Assembly (NCBI RefSeq): GCF_018977255.1
Contig: NW_024704743.1
Location: 4,032,001 to 4,096,000 of the forward strand
Source: Callorhinchus milii
Lineage: Eukaryota
Reading direction: 5' to 3'
DNA: 64,000 bases
Under the pieces are notes generated by a model. The model was not told the DNA's origin. It worked only from the letters and a program-made list of their open reading frames with translations, and searched no databases. Shown piece after piece: positions 11,066 to 23,192 of the stretch; positions within the stretch are counted from its first letter, which is position 1, and each line of letters begins with the position of its first letter. A program made the position numbers and the translations under genes.

Positions 11066-11874
11066 ATAATATATATTCTTGTGTACTCTCAGTTACTGTT
11101 GGGGCTGTTTTGTCGGTGGGGCAAGTGTTAAAAATATTCTTCCGGCCATCAGAAACCGAGCTAGTTTCCGACACATTGTGTGACACGTGAAGTATTTTCG
11201 GGAGAGCGAATCTTCTCCAGACGTGATGGATGATGTGCTGACGTTCATTGACCAGGAGAGGAGCACGGCAGGTCACAGGCTGGCCATGTTTGCCCGGGAC
11301 CTGGGCTTCCGAGACAAGTCGCACCTCATTAGCAGTTTTGCAGGTAGTGAAGGAGACTCCAGCGGTAGATTTGTTTCAGGGCCTAACAAAGGAATCTGAC
11401 AGCTCGAGTTATGTTGACAACCTCCCCTCAAAGGGAAGGAGAGTGTCATCAGGGAGAGATGAAACATGTCTGGCTGTCACCCAGCGCACAGAATAAATGA
11501 ATGGCCCAGAATCTTGCCATCAGCGACAGACCCATCTGGGGGGAGAAATGGAAGAGAAGAGTTTGATGTTATAAATCACCATAATTTGTTACAATTTCTA
11601 AAGACAAATATGACAGGCTGGAATTACTTTGCAGCGCTGAGACAGTCATTTGCAGAAGCTATAAAGTGCCCGTATAAATCTTTGGATGAGATATATTTAA
11701 TCTGAGAGAACAGAAAAATATCATCTCGGAGCATCCTGTTTACACAGAAATTTAGTCGCCAGGGCTTTCGGTCCTTTTTATTTTGTTACCGCTCGGCTTT
11801 TACTGAACGAAGCTTCATGTCGTCGTAACACGAATGGTCAGGGCAGTACAAGATTGTACGTAGAGCCCCGTAAG

Positions 11875-12210
11875 TAACTGGCTGGCGCTCCAAGGCAGTG
11901 CTCGGTGCACTGTTTTGACGGAGGTGATGTCCTTCGGATTTAAACAGAGTTATGTGAAGAGTTAAACTGCCTCTTCAGGTGGACGTTAAAGATCCAAAGA
12001 AAGGAGAAGGGGGGGTTCTCATGGTGCCCAGCCAACAACACCCCCCCCCCACCCACCCACAATGAAATTGTCATTCACTGCATGGCTGTTTGTGTGATGT
12101 TTCCGTGCACCTACGAAATACACAGTCACTACACTTTACAGTAAATCTTGTGAAGGGTTCTGAGATGTCTCAGTATGATAACACGCTATTTCAAATGTAA
12201 GGACTGTTAC
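11875..12210 (+). mobile_element. Older Deu-domain SINE, degenerate
   Basis: ggaggtgatgtccttcggat...ttcaggtggacgttaaagatcc...ggctgtttgtgtg, then tail. Confidence 0.7.
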
Positions 12211-12624
12211 TAACGTTTTACAGAATATATTGTGGTTGTAATCTTTGCATGTGATATAGTGCCTCTCACGTTGGGGTAACGTCTCAAAATGCTTCACGGG
12301 GTTTTCAGTGAAGCGTAGTGACTGTGCATTTTGTAGATTCACACGGCTCCCAATTTGTATGCAGCAATTTCCCACAAATAGTCATGACCAGTTTTATTTG
12401 GGAAACTGTTAACCAGGACATTATGGGACTCGATGTTACTATTAGTAAACATTCATGCAAGACCTTCAGTTATACAGCCTGCCCTTCTTATATTAATCGG
12501 ATATCAAAAACTAAACAATATTAGTAGTAATAAATAAACTTTCCATTTGATACAACCTTTATCAAGTCGGCGAAACATCTTACAGTAAAGGGCTGGTCCA
12601 CAGAGATTGTGAATAATGACGTTG

Positions 12625-13065
12625 TTAGCAACAGCAACATCTTACGTCAATATAACGTCCTTCAAAGGTAGCGCCTTGGAGTGCTTTAACTATGGAATAG
12701 TTTGATGGAGCCGGTGAGTAAGGGGAGGTGACATAGGCACGGCCGAAGAGGAAAGTCTTCAGAAGCGATCTGAAGACGGGTAAGGAGGGAGCAAAGATGG
12801 GGGGATTGAGGCCGGGAATTCCAGAGGTTCGGGGGAGCTGTGACTCAAGGCGCGGTCGCTGACGGGGCAGCGGAGGGGTCGAGGGACACGCACAAGGCCT
12901 GAGCCAGTTAGGGGACGTGAGATGGTTGAGGCGTGGAGAAATGAGCGGGTTGGAGAGGTCTCGGGGGTGCTGGGGCGTGAAGCGTGAAGCGATTTGGAGG
13001 CGAATGTGAGGTCCGTGAAATCGATCCGTTCCAAACGCTGTTAAACCCGACGTCGTCGGCGGTTC
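12625..13065 (-). mobile_element. Old L2 LINE 3' fragment
   Basis: Reverse RIDFTDLTFASKSLHASRP and LVRVPRPLRCPVSDRALSHS, diverged versions of the L2 C-terminus. Confidence 0.7.
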
Positions 13066-13894
13066 TCGTTCAGGGGTCGAGCCTGCGTCGTCAATGGAGC
13101 TCTCCCACCGTCGCTGGGCAGGTGTTGGCGGTTCTAGAGCACAACCGTAAGAGGGAGCGCCGCACAGAGATAAAACGTACCCCCACCTCCCCCCAGAGAG
13201 GGAGGGGGAGCCTGTGTGTAGGGGTTGGGTGGGGGGGGGGGGGGTTCAATCGCTCACAGAAACAGATATGTATCTGACAATCACGGCAGCTGCTACAGTT
13301 AGCAGCTGGTGGAAAGCTTGAGAGGCCTATGCTTCCTACCCTACCAGCCTCAAGGGGCGAGTAGTTCCGACCTTAAATTATACGCAAACAAACAAACTCA
13401 ATCAAAACACTACTTGAGGAACTCCCGCTCAGCTGCTTAGCACTTCGTAACTAAAAAAAAAAGATGCTGGATTTGCTGTAGCCTTCCTCCCCCGAAGATA
13501 TTTGCGTTAAGTTTCCGTGTCTGCCATACGCAGACTATCTCTCCCCCCCCCCCCCCACCCCCGGGGCCGTAAACAGAGTATGTTGCTCAGGTTGTCAAAT
13601 CTTTGCACCGAGCTCGCTGCTTCCTGTGCTTGAACTGTCTGGCGGAACATTATTCTCATCTGTTTTTTGTGCGCGCGCGTGTGGCGCGTTCCTCAATACA
13701 TCCCGTTCCTCACGACAGGAATGAGGTTCATATATGTTTGGAAACACAGGGAGATTTACTGCCCTTCTGCCCCCTCTCCCTCCCCCACCCTCCCCACCCC
13801 CCACCCCCACCCACCCCCCTTGTAACCTCACCCAATGTTAGGATCCGAGAAAGGAGGCCCCATCCATTACATCAGATCCGAGACGACAGCCGAG

Positions 13895-13990
13895 CGGAGA
13901 CCCACTTCCATGATGTAAAGTCACCTCTGATGTTACTTCCTGCGTAAACTGTGTGACTTGAAGTGCTCTGTACTTCTGATAACCACAGGT
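13895..13990. promoter_or_regulatory. Candidate enhancer motif cluster (ETS, GATA, RUNX)
   Basis: CACTTCC 13903, ACTTCCTG 13935, and TGATAA 13977 overlapping AACCACA 13981, in unique sequence. Confidence 0.3.
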
Positions 13991-14464
13991 TGGGCAAACC
14001 CGTGCCCAGCAAGGCACTGAAATTGGTTGCCCTGTAAACCCCCCCCCCACCCCCGCGCCGCCCCCCCCCCTCCCCCCCCGTCTCTCGCTTGTAAACGTTG
14101 AAAGTGTCATGTACAAGCCACCTTGAATTCCAGCTCAGTTTGTATCACTTTGGAGCTCCAACAACGGCTGTCCAGGCAATAGTCATGGAAAACAGACGCA
14201 GAAACGTCAACTCCAATGTCGAGTTGTTTGGCTCTAGTTATTTGGGGGATGACCAAATTTATTTGGGGCTTTGTTGGCTGGGACACCGTCAGAAACTCCC
14301 TCCTCTTTTCGAATGGTGCCATGGGATCTTTAACGTCCACCCGGAAGGGGACTTCTGTTTAACGTCTCATCCAAAGGACGGCACCTCTGTTGCATTCCTC
14401 ACCCCTGATAAATAATTAACCAGAGGGAGGGAGAGTGGAGAGAGAAATAAGACACAAAGCAGTC

Positions 14465-14728
14465 GAGCCTTCAGCTCTCTGCTCCCCACCTTTTGGAGCT
14501 CCATTCCAGAGTCCTGTCGTCTCACTCCTTCCCTTGCCTCCTTCGAGGCACGTCGCAAGACCCTCTTCTTTGACTGGGTCTTCAATCACCCTCCTACGCC
14601 TACCCTCCCCACCCTCCACCCCCTCCTGATCACAGCCACCAGCTCGGGTCCAAATCCCTGACTGTCCAGCGCCCTGGGACGTCCTCCTGACGTGAAAGGC
14701 ACTACACATATGTAATTTGTTGTTGTAG
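14465..14728 (+). mobile_element. L2 LINE 3' end (subfamily A)
   Basis: gccttcagctctctgctcccc...ccagctcgggtccaaatccctgactgtccagcgccctgggacgtcctcctgacgtgaaaggc, then ttgttg tail. Confidence 0.88.
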
Positions 14729-15884
14729 TCAAAGGCGAACGTCTTGAGGCAGGCTTTCAACTTGGAAGGACGGGGTGATTCAGAGGGACTCCGGGATGGA
14801 GTTGGGGGCAGAATGGCTGAAAGCCCATCTGCTGATTGTGATTTGGATAAGGTAGAGGGCACGTAGCAGACCAGTACATACTGAGTAAAGGGAGTGGCCA
14901 GTCAGTAGAGTTGTAAAGATGGTGATAATCAGAAATATTGGGTCAAAACTGGAGGTTACTGCTATTAAGAAGTCATCGGGGTGAGGGAGGAGGGGAGGTA
15001 TTTCAATCTTGTGCCTAAATAAGGAACAGGAGAATAAGTTGTTAAGGAATACAACAATTTGACCTCTTTACGGTCTCTACCCGACTTTCACAATATTCAG
15101 TCAATATCAACTGTTTGTTCTCGCCTGTGTATTATGCATAAAAAAAGTCAACCTTGAATTTATATCGAACCTCTCACAAAGAGGATTGTCTCAAATCTCT
15201 TGACGGATATCGTGATGGACACAGGGCACGGAAAAGCGAGCTTTAAAGACGTTGGCCAAAAATAGCAGGGAGAAGGAAGAGGTTATGTGGAATTTGGGCT
15301 CTATTGTTAAAAGAAAATGGCCTTCAGGATATTATGAGTCGAAACTAAAGCCTTCAGACACAAGGCAATGTGTTATTTCATAATGCTGAACCGTGTTATT
15401 ATATGCAGTGTTGATGTTCAGGCTTTATCTTCTGAAATTCCGAGGCACTCTTTCACATTGTCAAGATATTCTGCGTTGACAGCGAGTCTCGAGCCCTTTG
15501 AGGTATCTTCCTGACGTGATAGGCACTGTACATAAATGTGTAATATATCATATTATATTATATAAATCCCTCCATCATGTTGGAGGCGTACTGATCTTGC
15601 ACAGAGCACGGCCTGCAGAGCTCAACGGTGCAAAATGGATGGTACCTTTCTCCTGTAGCAAACGCGCTTTCGAAACGTAACGGTAATCCTCGCACCCGAT
15701 ATAGCGGCTCTCATATCCGGAGGACGTCTCCATGCGCTTCACAGGATTTACTGTAAAGCAGCAGTATTTCGTAGGTAGACGCAAATAATGCGCAAGCGGC
15801 CATTTACGGGAGTGCGCAAATGGGTTCCACACTGCACAACGTGTGTTGGAATCTGATGTATAATCACAGGATTCGCTGTGTTTA

Positions 15885-16115
15885 TGTAGGTGAATATGGC
15901 AGCCAATGTGGGCCTAACAATGTCCCACAAACAATCGTCAACTTTATCTGGGGGATTGTTGGCCTCGGATTGTCGAATAGTGCCACTGGGATCCTTTAAC
16001 ATTCACCCAAAGAGGCAGACGGGTCCTCGGTTTAACGTCTCATCTAGAGGACGACACCTCCAACAATCCAGTCTCAGCCTGGATTTTGAGTGTAAAGTCC
16101 CAACGTGGCACTTGA
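15885..16115 (-). mobile_element. Older Deu-domain SINE fragment
   Basis: aatagtgccactgggatcctttaacattcacccaaagaggcagacgggtcctcggtttaacgtctcatc is the reverse Deu domain. Confidence 0.8.
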
Positions 16116-16619
16116 AGACACCACTGACATCCAACACCCTAAAAGCCCTCGGTGGTTTCTCTGGATCATCCGAGAACAGTTCAGGAATCCCGTTAGCATT
16201 AGATGGTGCGACGGCATTTTATCAGCATTACACGTCGTTGTCATTTCCTGCTCTCAGTCATTTTACTGCTGAAACCAATTCGCATCGCTTCCAGCAGTGT
16301 AAATACGGCTTCTAATGTGCCTTTGGAAATACTGGCCTGGGACTGTTTAGTGCAGATCTGTGTAGATTCTTTTATTTAACACCGGTCCTGTGCAAACAGC
16401 AGTGCAGAAATGAAGGCTGCTGAAGCCACACATTTGTGGCGGTTTACGCTGCTCTGATCACTGTCTGCATCTGAAATGAACCCCTGAGATTCTCAGAAGA
16501 AAAAAATGAACAGTGTGTGTGTGTGTGTCTCCGTGAATCTTGAATATCTGCTGGCAGCCATTGATGTTGGAGAGGGGGCAGCAGCAAATGTGCGGTCAGT
16601 CCTGTCTTCTTTTCCTCCG

Positions 16620-16699
16620 CTGCTTGTCCAGCTAGGACCACCCTACCCATTTAGGGCTTTGGCTTGCAGGGTTAGCAGGAGCTGAGTGGGAGGATTCCC
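16620..16699 (+). repeat. ~80 bp unclassified repeat, inverted partner of 20941-21018
   Basis: The first 27 nt are identical to the reverse complement of the partner; about 90% identity overall by eye. Confidence 0.85.
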
Positions 16700-18319
16700 T
16701 GCCCCCAGTGACTGGTCTGCCCTTCCAGGTCCTGTGCTGTCATCAGCAGTGCCCTGGAATACTGCAGACCAGTCTGGCTCAGGAACCGGACTGGAGACCG
16801 TCACAGAGAGTGGACTCGATTCTAATATTCTCTTGCCAAGCATTTCACCTTAACAATAATAATAATAATCCTTACATTTGGTGCAGAAACTTTCAAGTCA
16901 GTACAACTCGCCAAAGCGGTTTACAGGATATTGCAGTCACTGTGTGCTTTGTAGTGTGTTTTCTTGCTAGTTGAGCTCCAAAGAGGCTGTGGGTTCAATT
17001 CCCAGGTCAGGGACTTTGAGCTCACAGTCTAGAACCAGGAGTCTTCCAACCGGTCGATCGCTGCTAGGTGGCGTCTCACACATGCTCAATAAAAACAAGG
17101 GGAAGAGCAGTAGTTACCACAGTTTAAACATTAAAATTGATATCTTTATCCTGAGACGCATTTAATACTTTGTGCCTCGGACTTCATTTTTAATTGGGAC
17201 TCAAGAACTGAAGTTCTATGACTTCTTCCTCTTGTCTCCTTTGATCGTGCGAGAGAGCATCACTTGGACAGCTTGGTATCCTTGGTCTATGCTGACGAAC
17301 CAGTGCTGTGCTGGGGGAGCGCTGAATTGTCAGAGGAGTCAAGCCGAGGTCTCATCTGTCTGGTCAGGTGGACGTTAAAAAAAATAACATTACTCGAAAA
17401 GAGAAGGGAGTTTGTCCTGATGTCCAAACTGACGATCCTCCATGCGGTTACCTATAAATTTACAATCACTGCACTCAACAGTGATTACAGTGAAGTGCTT
17501 TGAGATGTTTTGACATGATAAGATGCAACATCAAATGCAAATATTGTTATTTATTCATGACAAAACTCATATTAAGTCAGGTCAGTATCCCTTTAACAAG
17601 ATCAGAAAGGCAATTTGTCTGCCCTCATAAAATTGCCCTCCCCGCCACCCATGACTCTCAAGAATAGTGCCAGTCTTAGGTTTTCAGCTGGATTTAGGAT
17701 GGACTGCTCAGGGGTAACACAATTTTGACCACAATTTATTTTTTTACACAGCGTTAACATGCGGCAAGGATGGCACAGAAACAAAGCTGAAAGCGTAAAT
17801 TGAGTAGTTTAATGTGGCCTTTAATATTTTCTTATCAGCAGCCAACAACTGCTGGAGGAAGCTTTGGAGTTGTGGGTTGTAATACCTAAGCGATGGGTAC
17901 GTTGTTTGATCCAGACTATATTAATCAAATGCATTGCGTTGGTCACATATATTTTTCCGGCAGTAAATTTTGCCAAGGAGCAACTGCAGAGAAGTTGTTA
18001 AGGATTTGCTTCTCGTGAGTTCAAGGCTGTCCAGAGGGGAGTTGGGAGAGAAGAGGAAAAAGAATAGCGGACTAGATATCCAAAGAAAACAGACTAAAGG
18101 CAAGCCAATTGAAATAATAATAATAATCCTTGCGTTTGATGTAGCACCTTTTTCCCTCACATCTCAAAATGTTTCACAAAATATACTGTAAAGTGAACCG
18201 ATTGTACTTAATTTTGCACTGTACTTTGAACTGATTGTATTTTGTAGGCAAAAGCATCAGCCAATATATGTACAGTAACGTCCTACAAACAGCCAAGAAG
18301 CAAGTGAAGGATCAAAGTT

Positions 18320-18665
18320 ATTAGCACTCTCGCCTCCGAGTTAGATGAGTTCGAGCCCCAGATCAGGATTTTGAACTCATATAGTCTCTCCACTGACGCT
18401 CCAATGTGGTGCTGGGGGCTGACTGCATGGTTGGAGGTACCGTCCTTCTGATGAGATTCCTCTGCCTTATCAGATGGACCTGAAAGAAACGATGGAACTT
18501 ATTTGAAAGAGAAGGGAATTGCTGTCCGTGTCCTGGCCAGTCGTCTCTCAAATGCAGTTGTTCATTCGCTGTATGTGGGTCAGTGTCGCGTGCAAACTGT
18601 TCGCCTAAAAAATTACCCAGTCACTACACTTTTCAGTAAATCCTGTGAAACGCTTTGAGACGTCC
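18320..18665 (+). mobile_element. Older Deu-domain SINE, near full length
   Basis: Head tagcactctcgcctccgagttagatgagttcgagcccc; Deu ggaggtaccgtccttctgatgag; tail. Confidence 0.8.
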
Positions 18666-18684
18666 TCCCTACATGAGTGGCCCT

Positions 18685-19060
18685 TCCCTCTCTGGCACCT
18701 CCCTACCTCTCCAACCTCCTCACTCCCCAATCCACCACCCAGCGAGTCCGATGGACTGGCACCGGCTTCCTGCTCGTACCTCGCAACCTTCCCCCCACCA
18801 TCGGAGGTCGCGCTTTCAGCCACTACGCCCCGAAACTCAGGAACACTCTCCCTCAATCCCTCCGCCTTACCCACTCTCTCCCGTTCTTCAAGCCCCACCT
18901 GAAAACCTTCCTCTTCGACCGTGCTTACGGCCACCTCCCCCCCCAACCCCCCACTCCGCCCCCAACCATGCCCCTGGCTCGAAATCAGGCTCCACCACTG
19001 TTAAGCGCTCTGAGACTCTACCCTGAGTGGATTTCGCTATATAAGTGAGTTGTTGTCGTC
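18685..19060 (+). mobile_element. L2 LINE 3' end (subfamily B)
   Basis: LAPPYLSNLL, PTIGGRAFSHYAPKLRNTLPQSLRL, LKTFLFDRAY; tail ggctcgaaatcaggctccaccactgttaagcgctctgagac. Confidence 0.9.
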
Positions 19061-20940
19061 GCATTGCCACAAACAGCATGGTCCACGCAATTCAAGGTTA
19101 AATGCAGTGACTTGAATTATTCTAAGGGGAAGCAGTAGGGCTTGGCAAGTGGCTATCTGGAAACCTGGGCATCCATCTCCCTTTGCTTTTCCTTGGCATT
19201 GGCTTTGCTACTGCAAAAACCAAGGACAAAAGTAGCTATTGACCTTGCGTTTCCGTCGCTCAAGAATAAAACCGTGTCTGAGTGCAGCTAACTGATAAGT
19301 GTAATCTGAGCTCGCATAAAATAAAATCCCTCTAGTAATAACGCAAATTGTAACAAATTTAGAAAGATCAACAGACTGAGCCACAAAACCTTTGAAATTC
19401 TCTGTTCCTCTGAATGGCATTTATCTGCGTTACAGCTCTAATCGTAAAGAAAACAGTGGCTGATCAGTGTTTAAACCTTTGTCCCATGGCGAACATCTGT
19501 TTCAATATCCTGCAACAAAAAAAAATCCTTTGAAGTGTATTCATTTCAGCCCGAAACGCCCCAAAGGATCTATTCTGACTTAGTTGGTATTAAAGTAAAA
19601 AAAAATATTCACTTACGGGGCTCTTCATGAACATCAAAAAATAAAGTATTAAAAGAAACTCTCTGAAGAATATTTCATCAGACTGGGTAACAACATCGCC
19701 TGTGACAGTAAGGTAATAAAAGCTTATTAGTCACTCCCCTAAAGACAGCGCTTAAATGGTAAACCCATATAGATCAATTCTTCTCAGCACTACAAAGCTT
19801 CAGTTTCACGCTGGGCTTGTTGCCTCTTGCAACAGTGCTTTGTTTTTTGTAATCCGATTTAATCTACAGATTGAAATCTTCCCATTGTGTCCATGGAAAT
19901 ATTATCCTCCAAAGGTGTTTGGCCCCTTGGCATCGACTCACCCACCTGAATGTTTTATTTGGGATGATTTATTAGCTGCAGCGTTGGACTCTCCACCCTG
20001 AGGCTCATTCTTGATTCAGCGGTCAAACCCCCCCGCAACACGTCAAGCTGAGTTAACAGATCAAACAACACAAATACAGTCCTTACAAATCGACCCTGGA
20101 TGAAACAAATAGACGTCAGATAAAAGAGACATTTTATCCAAGAATAGAATCATTTACTTAATTTTTGCGAACTACAAAACTACCAAAACATACAGTCACC
20201 ACACTTTACAGTGTGTCCTTTGAGACGTCCGACCGTCACGAAAGGCGCTACACCAAGGCAAGGATTATTATTATAACTGAGACAATAATAAATAACAATC
20301 CTCGTATTTAACAGAGTGCCTTTCACTTCGGGAGAACGTCTCAAAGCGCTTCACAGGACTTACTGCGAAGTGTAGTGGCTTTGTGTTTGAAGGCAAATTT
20401 GCGCTGACCACTGCCTCATAAACGGCCGTGAAGTGAACGACCGATTTTATCAGTCGACGGAACAAAACACGGGTACGTTCTGATTAGAAGAAAAGGTGGC
20501 GCGGCAAAGGGTTTACTTTTCTTTTAATTCTAATTTGAAATGGTTGAAATGGTTAATTTCGAATGATGAACTATTTACCCTCTCGAGTGTGTGACCTTTC
20601 AATTACCTTAACGGCCTGTGCTGCATTTTGCCAGGCTTTACAGTGCATTTTAATAGTTCCTTTGCTTCTCTCTTCTAATTTAACACTCGACTTATGGTTC
20701 CTGTGAGCACTCTCCAATACTACAGATTAAATAGAAAACGACAGCAGGGATTTGATTGTATTTACCAGCTAATAGCTGACGGTTTGAAGGAACGCAGTCT
20801 TGTCTGCTCTGGCTGATACTGAATCTTTCTGCTCTGGGAAGGGATAATTAATACAAAGGTAAATGACTTCAGTCTTTGGATCGGTAACAAGTCCTCAGCT
20901 AGAAATATTGTAGCACAGCAAACGGATTTCTCAGCACCTT

Positions 20941-21018
20941 GGGACTCTTCCCACTCAGCTCCTGTTAACCCTTAAGCCAAAGCCCGAATGAGTAGGGTGG
21001 TCCTAGCTGGACAAGCAG
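20941..21018 (-). repeat. ~80 bp unclassified repeat, inverted partner of 16620-16699
   Basis: gggactcttcccactcagctcctgttaacccttaagccaaagcccgaatgagtagggtggtcctagctggacaagcag. Confidence 0.85.
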
Positions 21019-21159
21019 AGGGGAAGCTTGCCAGTCAGCAATGTCAATGGCAAGCTACGTGGTTTTCGCTGGTCAGACTCCAGCAGTTACCCCCAACGCA
21101 CACTCTGGGCTGTTGCCAACCTGTGCCGAATGCTTTCTGGAATAAGCATGATGGATCCC

Positions 21160-21645
21160 TCCAGCGCATTCCATTCCAATAAAGGTCCCAGGAATTTCCA
21201 GGTGTAGTTGAGATGCATGGAATTCTCAGTTGGGTTTGGATGCTCCACTCTTAAGCACGGCGATGGGTTTCCCGATGTGTCGGACCACCGGCTGACCCAA
21301 CAGAAGTGAAATGAACTGAGGTGTTCAACAGGAAGATGGATAGGGAGTTGAGAACTAAAGCGATTCGAGATGTGGAGTAAAGGCTGAGAAATAGGATTAG
21401 AAGGGTAAAAGCTCTGCCATAAACCAGCACAGTGGCAGGACAAGCCCGTTGAAGCTTACTCTTATTAATACTTAGGTAAAGCAGGATGCATTCCTCCCGG
21501 GAGAGAGTGCGCATTCCATTCTAACAACCTATATCTGGGATCTCCATGTGCAGGTGGGATGCATTGGAAATTTCAGCTTGGTTTGCGGACTCTTAAGCTC
21601 AGTGATGGGTTTCCGCGTGTGTCAGACACCCGGCTGTCAAAAAAA
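21160..21645 (+). repeat. Two adjacent copies of the unclassified ~150 bp dispersed repeat
   Basis: gcgcattccattc...gatgcatggaattctcag...ctcttaagc...gatgggtttcc..tgtgtc.gac...cggctg at ~21160-21300 and ~21505-21640. Confidence 0.75.
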
Positions 21646-22174
21646 AAACAATCGTATTCCTACATTTCTATAATTTCAGCGTAATCTCCTCAATAACGTA
21701 CACACAGTGCTTTCAATTAATTATTACCAGGATGAAATGGGGGGGGGGGGGGTGTGGGGGAATGGTCACTGAAGCAAGAGTAAATAGAGAGCAGTTAAAA
21801 AGGAGCACAGATTTGTTGTTGTGGTTAAGTGTACAGCCAGGACCTGACTGCAGTACAATTAATGATCACCGTGTTTTACTATGAATGATGGCAATCTGAT
21901 ACCAAGCAAGCAGAGTAGGATTTGTCTTGTGCAGAGGAGGGAGGGGTCATAAACAATTCACTGTAAGAAAAGCCCTATTAAATGTTATTTACGTCTACAA
22001 AAAAACCAATTAATTTACTCGGGACGCATGAATCAATGAAGCTGGCCGAGGCGTTTCAACCTCAACAGCTTCCAACACCCACAACTTCTTCTGGGAAAGT
22101 TGATTCATCAGGATTCAACACAGTGCAAAATGCCATTTGAGCAGAGAAGGTGTGTAATAGATTAGATGTGTTCC

Positions 22175-22560
22175 TGGAGTCTCGTGGCTCAGTGGTGAGA
22201 GTACTTGCCTCGCTAGCGAGAGGACCTGGGTTTGATTCCCGGGCAGGGCGAAACGTTGGGCAAGTTTCCTTACTCCACATGCCTGTTTACTTAGCAGTAA
22301 GTAGGAACTCGGTTGTTAGTCGATTGGCGGATCGCTTTTCCGGAGGTAATAATTCCTTCAAAAAGTAAGAATAATTGATAATGTGGTCACTTCAATCCAC
22401 GACTGTTTTTGGGACACTGCTGCTGTGCGCAATTGGCTGCTGTGTTTTGCCCACAAAATATACAGTCAATTCGCTTTACAGTGTATTCTTGTAAAAAGCG
22501 AGACTTTTAAACAACATGATAAGATGCTATATCAAATGCAAGGATTATTATTATTATTAG
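22175..22560 (+). mobile_element. Full young tRNA-SINE, long subfamily
   Basis: tRNA head, gggcaagtttccttactccac block, partial Deu domain, L2-like tail and (ATT)n. Confidence 0.92.
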
Positions 22561-23104
22561 TAGCAGTAGTGTTATAGGGTACCTAGAAAGAACTAAGGAT
22601 TAGGATGAATGGCTTCTTGAAGGAGCAGCAATAACAACAATTTTAGCTTTATATAACATCTTTCACGTCAGGAGAACATATCAAAGCACTTCAAATATCT
22701 CAAAAAGCAAATGCCAGCCTATAAAAATGGGCAAAGTGGCCTCATACTGTGTTGTACATAGCTTTGTTTGCCTGCAAAATACATAATCGCTACTCTTTAC
22801 AGTAAATCTTGTGAAGCATTTTGACGACATGATAAGGTACTATATCAAACTGCAAGTATTATTATTATTATTATTATTATAGTTCTACCCGACTGTATTG
22901 CGTTAGCAAAATGCCTAAATTGCAATCACAGAAGAACATTGCTTCCTCCACCAAACTGACCGTTCATTTTTATTGGCCAATTAGTGACTGCAACACTGAA
23001 TTTTACACCAGCGTAATCTGGGGAATTCACAAAGCAAGTCTAAGATTGCATAAAGCCTCTCTGTTTAAGACAGAGCGAGAGAGTGAGGAGGAGAGATAGA
23101 ATAC

Positions 23105-23192
23105 CAGCATCCTATCTGTCCAAATTAAATGTTAATTCAGGACCCAGAGGTTAAAAGAAGTGTGTTCTAACCCACTGAACCAACCCAGTCTC
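23105..23192 (-). mobile_element. LF-SINE-like tRNA head relic
   Basis: Reverse reads gagactgggttggttcagtgggttagaacacacttcttttaacctctgggtcctg, resembling the LF-SINE head motif cctttcacctct.ggtc.ctgggttc as I recall it. Confidence 0.45.

Noticed and set aside
13775..14080. Poly-C/G tracts as functional G-quadruplexes (also ~70, 745, 1660, 6035, 21740, 36350, 52510)
   Set aside because: Such tracts occur throughout the window, often inside repeats, and nothing singles any out as functional.
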